Of a DNA stretch of 64,000 bases, positions 54,501 through 64,000 are shown one piece after another (the stretch's first letter is position 1; every line of letters begins with the position of its first letter). The stretch is from Trichoplax adhaerens (taxonomy: Eukaryota; Animalia; Placozoa): contig NW_002060955.1 in NCBI RefSeq assembly GCF_000150275.1, forward strand, positions 1,804,126 through 1,868,125, written 5' to 3'. The translations under genes were made by a program, and so were the position numbers. The notes under the pieces are model-generated. The model was not told where the DNA came from. It did not search any database and saw nothing but the letters and a program-made list of their open reading frames with translations.

Positions 54501-57500
54501 AGAAATTAGCTCAAATCCAATAATATTGGTTTAATACCAATGATATAACGCATCATAGAATAAATACAACATTCACTAAGGACGGAAGATATCCGCCTGT
54601 ACCCTTTACCGTATATAATTTCTGTGTTGCAAAGCACGAAAATTACAGATTAAAATTCTGATTGTAATGCTAATATACCTATAGTTTCTTATCCATTTTC
54701 AACATTGTGATATTTATTGTAGAAATCTCTCAAATAATAAATTAAAGAGGATCTATTCTTCATTAATCATTCGATATGGAAATTTAAAGAAGCTGTAAGT
54801 ACACGTGCAGTAAAATCGTATGAAAATGTAGGATACTTAGGATGTGATTTTATTTCTTAAAATCTGGAATACTGAATAGACTCATTTCTTTGAAAAATAT
54901 AACTGTAATATGTTGGTAAGGGTTTACTAACGACGATAAACCCTAACGATAAATCCATCATTATTTATACTTGTTTACGTAAGTAACATCTCCGGTAATA
55001 TAATTGAAGAATTATGTTATCAATCCCTTGCGAAACTTTTTCTCAATATAAGAGAAATGTGAGTCTTTTTGTAACGAACTTAATATTACTAGTTTACAAC
55101 TGATTTTTTAAACGAACATTACCAATACTAACTTATGCAATCATGTATTAACAACAAAGCGATGCAAGTAGAAATAAGATCAGCAAGCTCCAAGAAAGAT
55201 GCTTTAGAGGGTTATCAAGCTTGCAAAAATTGTAAGTACGGGAAAAGAAAATGTAAAATCTAATTTTGTTTCTTATGTTGCTCAAATGAAACCATAAAAT
55301 AATTATCATGATTACAAAAAGAAGCTTCAACATTTATTGCATTTGTGAATGGACTGTCGAATTTACGTTATAATATTAAGACGTAAATAATTTCAGATTT
55401 TTTAATTAGGTAATTATTGTATAATGTACTGTAGTAACTACTCTACATGATTCTTGAATACATATTCATATATTAGTCAGTTTTAGCGTACATCTACTGT
55501 ACATTTAATACCTTCGCATGATTTTCCTTTACTTCGATATTCACTAAATTTAGTACTCTACAAACTTCCAAGCACTAGAAATTACTACTTACACAAATCA
55601 TGTAGCAAACAATCTGTGCTGGTAATAAAATTATATCATGTAAATCCCACCCACCCTCCCTTTAAATGAGCAGCGCGGGGGTATTTATACTGTACTGCTG
55701 TTAGATGACTGTGATTATGGGTTGATTTCAATAGGTCAGTATAAGATTCTTACAGTACTTTTTACCTCAACATTTCTTCATGTAAAACGAATAGCTCTAC
55801 GGTAGTAATTTCTACAGAGTACTGATTTTTGAAATAGTATTCGTTATATCGCTAAGGCTGGCCACTGGGCCTTTATATTTTGATTTGACGTAATACTCTG
55901 ATGAAAATTGAATAAACATAGAATCTTTATAGAGTTTTCTACACAGCCATTTTGATTGTTACATTTTCTTATAACGGTTGTTATCGACAGAGCAAGTTTT
56001 GCTTCCATATACAAGCGATCCTTAGACACATTATAATGATTGGTATAGAATTGATCACAGTGCTAAGGACATTGTACCGCACTGTCGATATCTTACAGTA
56101 TCTGCTAATCTTAACTTGGTATGTCCATTACCGTACATTAGTTATCATAATGCGTTTTAGATTATTAACTAATATTAATATAGCATAGTACATTACTATT
56201 ACCGGGATATATATAATATCGAATGATAATACTATCTGTTAATTTTATTAACAAATTCAGCATAAACGTATATTTGACAGTTTCGCTAACCAACCTTAAC
56301 ATATCAATACTGTATATAGTAACCATCCTTATTCGGTAAACATACTAATACGAAAGTTACTTAAGGAAATTTGAATTGGTATAGAAATGAATGATCTCTA
56401 GGGTTTATGTAAATATTATTGAGAAGGTATAAGTGATTGATACACATTAGTAGGTACTATTAGTTCCATTGCTCTCATGCATTTCGTAGTGTTATCCTAC
56501 TGTAGTTCCCCTGTCCCGGTTATTTTTGATTGCTATATATCATATAACAAAAAGGGTTTCTAAGAGGATAATGTCAGTTAGTCAGCGATCTGATAGGCGA
56601 AAGCGAAGTGAACAACGTGGAAATGCACGATCAGTACGTACATTAAATCAATCTGTTTTAAATATAGTAGTACCCGACTATTACCGGGATATATTTAAAG
56701 TTGAATGGTAATACTATCTGTTAATTATTAACAAATGAATACATTATCGTAAACCGTCAGCAAAGCGATAAGAGTTTGGACTAGTATATACAAAAATGCA
56801 TACAAGTTCAATCATACTTCTTAAATTATGTGTGAAAATTATGAATAGTGCTACGTACACAAATGTAATGTAACTTATTATTGTGATTTTAGACTGTTAG
56901 CCATGTTTAGTATAATGTACGGTAGATGTTTATCCTAAGAGATATTTGGTAGCCATAACTATAGACTGTAGTGGTATAGGCTCTATGCTAGAGTACAGAT
57001 GACTATATACAGTAAGGGTAAAAATAGAACCGTAAATCATACATTATGATATGGTTAATTCATTGTACTTTGGCTGGTATAAATAATGTCTACATAAATA
57101 CTGTAGCCGTATCCATATCGAATTAATGATGGTCCGCAGTAGATTAGTGTTACTAAGAATAATTTAACTATGTGTAAAATAAGGTAAAAGGTTACCGTGC
57201 AAATTGTAGCTGCGAACGCTACGAAAAGTATAAAAGCATGCAACTTTAGATTATTCTGTCAGTTCGTTGTAGAAGTCTTTAGTAGTGGTATTCGGCTAGA
57301 GTAGAGCTGTGTGTGGTTAATCTTTGTATAAGATTCAATAAAGCCCTTATTTTTCTAAAATTTGAAATTTCGTGATCGGTATATATCACAACAAATTTTT
57401 TCGCTATTCTACAATCTTATAACTATTATACGCCGCAATTATGAATAGTACATGCACTTATACGATCACTATTCAAACAATACGGAGAGTAAGAGCAGTT

Positions 57501-59310
57501 GGTTTTACTCAAACTTTAACTGAATATACGTGCAATTGGCTATATCTTATACCAGTTGGGAGTAGTGCGAACCTTCAATATAGTTGTTGGTATTAAGTCT
57601 AGATAGCGATACCGTCACAAATTGAGTCTCGCAACAAGAACAGAAAGGTTAAGCTTAGAGCTTATCCTGTCATCGCCAAAGCTTTTATTCCAAATTGATA
57701 ACGTAATTACATTCCGACAAAAACATTTACACAAAGAGAAAACTAAACTCTAAATTATGATAGAAATTCATTATACATGCTAGCGAAGATTAGCCAAGCC
57801 ATTTTGTCTAAAGCTACTTGCATTCTATGTTAAAATAATATTTATATCGATGCAGCGTAGATATAGTTGAATGATTACTTTTGTATACAGTATTCTGTTA
57901 CAACCTTAAATATCCATTTGATTTTCATATATGTTTTATTGACATGAGTTAGAAAGCAGTTGGTTTACATATTGTGAAAATATTGCTGCATTTTATTATG
58001 ATATTTTCCATTTATTTTAATTGTAATTCATGTTTAAAATCTATAAAAATTAGAGATTTACGAAAGAATTGGTTAGACGAAGTATCTCGAGAGTCATTTT
58101 ATGGTCCATCTAAGTTAGTGGAAATGTAAGTAAAAGTAGCAATACTCAGCCAACTATCTTACTTTCAATCGGTGTATTTGCTTCAACTTCAGAGGTTAAA
58201 CAAGCTGTCTGTTTTACTTTTCAATATCTTAACAGATTAACCAATCGTCCTTACTTTTGTTGCATCATACCTGCTAAAAGGCTAACCTGTGAACCATCGA
58301 TGATATCTGATACTTTATCATCTTGTCAGCATCTTCTTGCTCATGTTTCATTACAATTCTTCATCTGGCTTGTTGGCATTCTGGCTTTTTGGGGTAACAT
58401 TTTCGTTATTGTACGCAATCTCCGCATTATTCGGGCTGAAAAAAGAAATCATAAAGACGACAATGTCAACCTATTCTTAATCAATAATTTAGCCATATCA
58501 GATTTTATCATGTCAATCTATTTATTTATCATAGGATTTGCTAATTTAGTTTATAGCAATCAAGGTCTGTATGGCATACGATCTGAGAAGTGGCTACGAC
58601 ATCCCCTCTGTGCAGTATCTTGTACTCTTATGACTACATCTAGCATAGTGTCTGTATTTTTAATGGTAGTAATCAGCATCGATCGGTTCATCACAATCGT
58701 TTATGGGCTCGAAGGAAAAAAGTTAAGCCGTTTCTATTCTCGGCTGATTATTGGTATAATATGGCTAGGAGGATTTACATTTGCACTCATACCGTCATTA
58801 TTTAGTATCAATCAGCCTGGTAACAAACGATTATACACCTTTAACAGTATGTGTATGCCAAGCAATTATGAGAACCCTGACTACAGAGTCTGGATGATAG
58901 CCTATATCGTTTCTACAATTATTGCTTGGATTATTACATGCTCACTTTATATTAGATTGTTTATCTACATTCGCGATACTGGTAAAGCTGTTACACAAGC
59001 AACTAATCGAAAAGCAAAAGCTAGAAAAGATAAAATGATTGCATTGCGTCTATTTATCATATTAATAACTGATTTAATTAGTTGGGTACCTTATTATATC
59101 GTGAATTTTGCTGGTTTCGCATCTAGTGATGGTGTTGACGTTATCACACTACAATTTATTGGTATATTTGCATTACCTATAAATTCTGCTCTTAATCCAT
59201 ACTTGTATACCTTTACAAGTACGGCCGTAATCAAAGGATTATTTATTCGTCCAGCGACTCGTGTAACCTACACAAATAGGACAAGACAACAAAAAGACGT
59301 AAGCAAATAA
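36599..59310 (+). CDS. LGR-B: paralogous giant LRR-GPCR, 5'-incomplete (signal-peptide and LRRNT exons not found), interrupted by two assembly gaps
   Basis: About 49 visible phase-2 exons collinear with LGR-A, e.g. 36599-36670 (IINNTSIRRIRARSFIYYPELVVL), 38055-38126, 38207-38278, 39914-39985, 40097-40168, 40458-40529, 40752-40823, 40987-41058, 41302-41373, 41889-41960, 42070-42141, 42586-42657 ... 48220-48306, 48588-48650, 48833-48904, 49034-49117, 49261-49332 ... 52497-52580, 52735-gap, 54029-54097, 54209-54286, 54723-54794, 54983-55057, 55160-55231, 58054-58125, and the 7TM exon 58236-59310. No in-frame stops seen. Confidence 0.88.
38290..38917 (+). mobile_element. Solo LTR, family A, intronic in LGR-B
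   Basis: TGTGACA...TGTGAC(C) termini, flanked by CACTC / CACTT (5-bp TSD, 1 mismatch). Internal TATATAAA + AATAAA. Inserted 11 nt after a splice donor. Confidence 0.82.
39412..39852 (-). mobile_element. Solo LTR, diverged relative of family A, intronic
   Basis: Perfect TGTCAC...GTGACA termini and perfect 5-bp TSD CTCGT. The reverse strand carries TATATAAA then AATAAA and an end similar to family A. Confidence 0.85.
49450..50011 (-). mobile_element. Solo LTR, family C, intronic in LGR-B
   Basis: TGTGAT...ATTACA termini, perfect TSD GCTAC, reverse-complement match to 56864-57390 and 61888-62439. Confidence 0.88.
52796..52845. other. Assembly gap (50 N), truncates an LGR-B exon
   Basis: Run of N directly after exon sequence KLAGNEWNADIREIVALTYL. 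Confidence 0.99.
53702..53751. other. Assembly gap (50 N)
   Basis: Run of N. Confidence 0.99.
56175..56735. repeat. Pair of ~75-bp direct repeats (~56175-56255 and ~56660-56735)
   Basis: ACTATTACCGGGATATAT..A...T.GAATG.TAATACTATCTGTTAATT..TTAACAAAT present twice, ~480 bp apart. Confidence 0.7.
56864..57390 (+). mobile_element. Solo LTR, family C, intronic in LGR-B
   Basis: TGTAAT...ATCACA termini, perfect TSD ACAAA, AATAAA ~50 bp before the end. Confidence 0.88.
58236..59310 (+). CDS. Terminal exon of LGR-B: hinge + 7TM domain
   Basis: TTAACAG acceptor, LTNRPYFCC..CEPSMISDTLSSCQHLL, ISIDRF, ITDLISWVP, NSALNPYLY. Close paralog of 8706-9816. Confidence 0.95.
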
Positions 59311-61887
59311 AGCTGGAGAAAAATATGGACGATCTGGATCCTCATCACGAAAAATCTAACGCCGATAAAGAATACACTAATACTTAGCTTGCATTTGTAT
59401 TTTAATATCATATTACCGCGACTAGTACATAACCTATTGCACTATTTATAATTGTATAATGTAATGTCATGTATTCTAACTCAAGCACTAGACGCCTTGC
59501 AACGTTTTTTCTCTAAATTTCGCAATTTTAATATGCATATAATCATTAATCTGCGATGCTACTAGATTAAGCATGTATCATGATATCTATACTATGATGT
59601 ATGGCAATGTTGTAGAGCATTAAGTTGTTAGTAAAATTTAGAATTGTAAAACTAATTCATTTTCGGATAAGGCTAAGCCATTTCTTTAGATACGGTACGT
59701 AATTTACAATGACCTCGACGATCAGATTATGGTCTCATCATAGTTAATCTTGTGTAATAGCCGTACTCTGACACGTTTAAATTACAATGTTAAATTATAT
59801 TCTTGTAATTCTAAGATTAAAACTGCTCGCCATCAAGTTAGAATTTATGAAACCCGACTACTTTTTGTAATAAACGGAGCTTTTAGTTTTAATTCTAGAA
59901 AAATTTGTGTGGGTGTTTAACTACTGTTGAAAATAGTTGCTAGGCAGCCATGATAGACATAACATTATGTCAGCAGTTAAAATACTAAAAAACTAAAGGT
60001 TACTCTTACTTAATTTCAAAATAATTTTTACTAAAATTCTGTAACACAGTAATTATAGATATATCTATGATCTTATACGTATTTTAATCAATCAAGGTTT
60101 GCTTTCATAACAATATCTGGCTATAAAATTTGATTTTATCGTAGTCGTACATAAATTAGCTAATATTTCTATAAAGCAGCTTCCTTATTACGATCAAGGA
60201 GACACGTTTAGTTATTGCAATCTCGTGACGGCGAGTAGTTAGTTGTCCGTACTTTGCAAGCAAATGCTGAGGAGGGCAAGTCGGACGAGCGACTTATCGT
60301 AGTTTTAATTACTCGTAATAAACACCGTTTCATGACATGAATAACTATTACATATTTAGAGTTTTTAGTATGTGTTAAGCGTCTATTACACATGTGTACT
60401 ATCACGCCTAATCACGCCTACATAATATAGTTATCACGCTTGTTGTTACACATTTGTACATGTTTTATGTTCGCCTAAAATGTATTTCCACGAATGTAAA
60501 TCATGGATAAACATGTTTCGTTTGATACTATTTACGCGGATATTTGTTATTATGAGAACAATCAAGTTTTTGTATTCAGAGTTTTATAATTTTTCTGAAT
60601 AGTCCTTTAAGAATTGTATAATTTTGCGTTAGTCCTTCTCTTACATTCTACCTTCACCCTGTACTCAAACGATCTTACCGTAATTACGATTACATATACT
60701 GATTTGAGCTTATAGATTTATATTAACTATAAGTCTGCCTTATTGTGACATTCATTAATTAATGCATCATCAATATTATAATTTTGTTGTGTGATGAAGC
60801 ATATGTTGACACCTAGCTACTAATTAACTAATATTAAATGTCATAGAAAGTGTGTTGTGATTCTGGCTATAATAAGTATGTAGACTGGGTTATTAATTAA
60901 TTACTGTTTTTGCACCAACGAAGTAATTGTAAGTTGTGCGTTCAATCGGACATTTTAATAAAATAGCTTCTAGAATAAAGTTTTGATCTTTAACGTGAGT
61001 AATCTATCGTCTAAGACTCGAATCTAAGTTTTGTTGATTAAAGAGTGCTTAGAGTTAGTTGCTTAGATAGTTAAGTCTACTTTAGAGGAAAGAATCCCGT
61101 TTAATTCTTGTGTTACAATCTCGGTTGTGACATTTATCTTGCTAAGTGACAGTTTTCCTAATAAAACTTACATCATTTTACACACTATACGAGATTTATT
61201 ACTTGACTTAAGCAGTAGTACGAACCTCATACATAACAACTTTCGATCAAAATTGATTGAATTGGTCGTAGCAGCATTACCTAGTCTATCCAACATTAGC
61301 ACGTTTTGGCTATGTAATTGATCAATTATTTAGCACCCTATAAATCTTCTAAATTCATCAAAATATTGTAAGTTGTGGTTTAACCACCTCTGATCTTATT
61401 TCTTATACCAGAAAAAGAATTAAAATCCGCGTATTGTTTTAAACTTTTTATTAATGGTTGTTGCTATTTGCTAACGAATTTTTTTGTAGTAAAATAGCAA
61501 TAATTTTAAAGGCAGAAATATGATACTATTGCTGAAATTAACACTGTTGTAGATTTAACCACGACTCTATTCCCATGTTTAATATGGAATATAATACGAT
61601 TAATCTGCAAGTAAACCAGACGTGTTGGCAAACTCGAAACTTTAATGTAACATATGTTTCGTTCTAATATGATTACATTTCATGACTTTCCGCAAAATAT
61701 TTACGCTTAAAATTGAGGAGTTACATCGGAAGTTATTAATATCTCAGGCTTTATGACAGTAGTAATCATAGGTATTATATTGAAAAAAATAATTATTGTG
61801 TCTCGTTTAATTTCAGTACGTACGAGAGCACTCTCGCACTTTCGGTACGTAAGGGAAATTCTGAATTTGAATGCATAAATACAGAAG

Positions 61888-62439
61888 TGTAAAGTAACTT
61901 AGTATTGTGATTGTAGACTGTTAGCCATGTTTAGTATAATGTACGGTAGATATTTATCCTAAGAGATATTTGGTAGCTATAACTATAGACTGTAGTGGTA
62001 GAGACTCTATGCTAGAGTACAGATGACTATATAAAGTAAGGCGTTGAGTTACTAGTAAGGTTATAGGTAAAAATAGAACTGTAAATCATATATTAGGATA
62101 TGGTTAATTCATTGTACTTTGGCTGGTGTGAATAATGTCTACATAAATACTGTAGTCGTATCCATATTGGATTAATGATGGTCCGCAGTAGAATAGTGTT
62201 ACTAAGAATAATTTAACTATGTGTAAAATAAGGTAAAAGGTTGCCATGCGGATTGTAGCTGCGAATGCTACGGAAAGTATAAAAGCATACAACTTTAGAT
62301 TATTCTGTTACTTCGTTGTAGAAGTCTTTAGTAGTAGTATTCGGCTAGAGTAGAGCTGTGTGTAGTTAATCTTTGTATAAGATTCAATAAAGCCCTTATT
62401 TTTCTAAAATTTGGAATTTTATGATTGGTATATATCACA
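61888..62439 (+). mobile_element. Solo LTR, family C
   Basis: TGTAAA...ATCACA termini, perfect TSD AGAAG, TATATAAA at 62028 and AATAAA at 62386. Confidence 0.88.
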
Positions 62440-63541
62440 AGAAGTTACTGAGATTTTGAGATCAAATTCGGCTTATAAGCTCATAAAAATGCTCAATTAT
62501 CTCCTTTAAGCGCATATTTTTCCTTGCCACTAACAAGACAGAATCGTAAATAATCCTCTGTATACTTCATTCTTGCTGATATGAGTGAGCGATATTGATC
62601 AATTAGTTTTATTTATTTACTCTTGCTGATATCTCAATGAAGCTCTAGTAATAATCTGTAGTAAATTACTAATTCTAGTAATTTCTCCTTTTCCTATAAA
62701 GTCCATAAATTTCATCAGGTGAAACGTAAGAGTAAAATGTTTTCTGGATTTTAGCAAAGTTTAATTTGATTTTATAGTTATTGCAGTCAACCCGATTAAC
62801 ATATATGCGTGAATGGCCATAAGCCGTATCAATTTTACGAGTGCATTTAAAATTTGCAGCGGCATATAATTCGTTAATGCCCATTTGGTGAGTTAAAACG
62901 AATACAAGCTCAACTTGAATCAGAAGGAAACTTGTTGTATTAGTCTTTGAAAGTGTCCACTAAAGCTCCAAGTGAGTAATACGTTACAAGTTTACAAGGC
63001 GCATCTAGTTCTTATCACTTATTTAGTAATCCTTTATAGTTCGTCAAATAAATACAACATTTCAACAATTTCAAAAAATTTTTGACGTTTGATTCCCTTT
63101 GTACTTGCAGCACGGTTAAAAATTTAGCAATCAAATGACACTATGTTACCCTTATATTTAAATTTAAATTTATCACAAAGTACCAAAGTGATAATTGGTG
63201 TCACAAGAACTATAAATTGTTATGTTTATCTAATTCAGTATCATCAACTAATATTCCAATAGAACGTTGATTCTATACGTCGGCATATTCAGCAAGGGCT
63301 AATTAAATCTATTTAGCAAATATTTAATTTAACATCAGTTTTGAAAATGATTCACAGGCAAAACAAATTTCTAATAAGGCGGTTCATGTCGTTTAGCTGT
63401 AGTTTGAAGTGGCTATTTTACAGCCTGAATTATTACCTACTAATTTTAATGCAAAACTTTCTTATAATCTATTCTAAAATCCTTTAAAAGAAACAAATAG
63501 CGTGGTTTAATACATTGCGATTTGATCCGTCTTCTGCATGG

Positions 63542-64000
63542 CTGAATTAGTTATAAGCGACGAGATGAATAGCTCTTTAATTTAAGTCGACTTTAGATCA
63601 TTTCATTTCCAATTTATGGTACAATCTTTAGTTTTCTACAATACAAACATTAGTTATTAACAGTTGATTTTTACGCCTAATTTAATTCAGCCGCTTAATC
63701 CGTAAATTGCAATTAATGCCTAATTTTATCATCTGGTTCTAACTGTTGTCAATTATATTGTCTTTGAAAGGCTGATTTGGACGGATTTAATCTATGTCTT
63801 CAATTATACCACAATTGTTTCGTAGGATTGAAAATGAATTTCTAAAATTGTAAGAAATGGACTGTCACATATTCCATAAGTAGCTGTTTTTTGTCTTCAT
63901 TTTAAAAATTCAGTCAACAATTCATAGAAGGTCATTCCCAGTTTCTTATTCAATTTTATTTTACTACAATACAACCATAAGTCAATAAGAGTTGCTTTAA
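63542..64000 (-). repeat. Right arm of the inverted duplication (partner 35059-35517), runs off the window edge
   Basis: Direct reverse-complement match to 35059-35517. Confidence 0.92.

Noticed and set aside
9928-58125. Periodic repeats as a CRISPR-like array
   Set aside because: They are spliceosomal exons with GT-AG boundaries and protein-level, not nucleotide-level, conservation.
58126-58235. Visible similarity of the last intron between paralogs (vs 9817-9927) as evidence of gene conversion
   Set aside because: Other short introns also retain partial similarity, so ordinary shared ancestry suffices without a quantitative alignment.
60185-60340. GC-richer stretch with AATAAA ending ..ATGACA as another solo LTR
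   Set aside because: No clear TG start, no TSD and no second copy in the window.
57055-62292. Near-identical small hydrophobic ORFs at 57055-57243 and 62104-62292 as a peptide gene family
   Set aside because: Both lie inside family-C solo LTRs, antisense to the TATA/polyA orientation; the similarity is explained by the repeat.
62460-63030. Coding-looking minus-strand stretch including ORF 62675-62884
   Set aside because: No recognisable motif and multiple stops; cannot be assigned without a database search.

Overview
AT-rich, intron-dense eukaryotic (animal) genomic DNA. Short introns, low GC and the gene content are consistent with an early-branching metazoan such as the placozoan Trichoplax (inference only). 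Left to right: (1) the 5' part of a spliced CLPB/Skd3 gene (ankyrin + AAA+) on the minus strand, running off the left edge; (2) degenerate tandem repeats; (3) an intronless class-A GPCR pseudogene; (4) two head-to-head paralogous leucine-rich-repeat GPCR (LGR) genes filling most of the window, almost invisible in the ORF track because each LRR sits on its own ~72-bp phase-2 exon. By hand assembly LGR-A (minus, 32889-8706) has 52 exons: signal peptide, LRR N-cap, 49 single-repeat exons and an RXFP/GRL101-like 7TM exon, about 1,620 aa, with no LDLa module. LGR-B (plus, 36599-59310) matches it almost exon for exon and has no stop codons in the exons I could read. It lacks the signal-peptide and N-cap exons, and is bounded by a TSD-less solo LTR and a near-identical inverted duplication (35059-35517 vs 63542-64000), pointing to an inversion, rearrangement or mis-assembly. 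Several solo LTRs (TG..CA, 5-bp TSDs) of two families, a Helitron-like 3' end and two 50-N assembly gaps are also present. All exon coordinates were read by eye and may be off by 1-2 nt.
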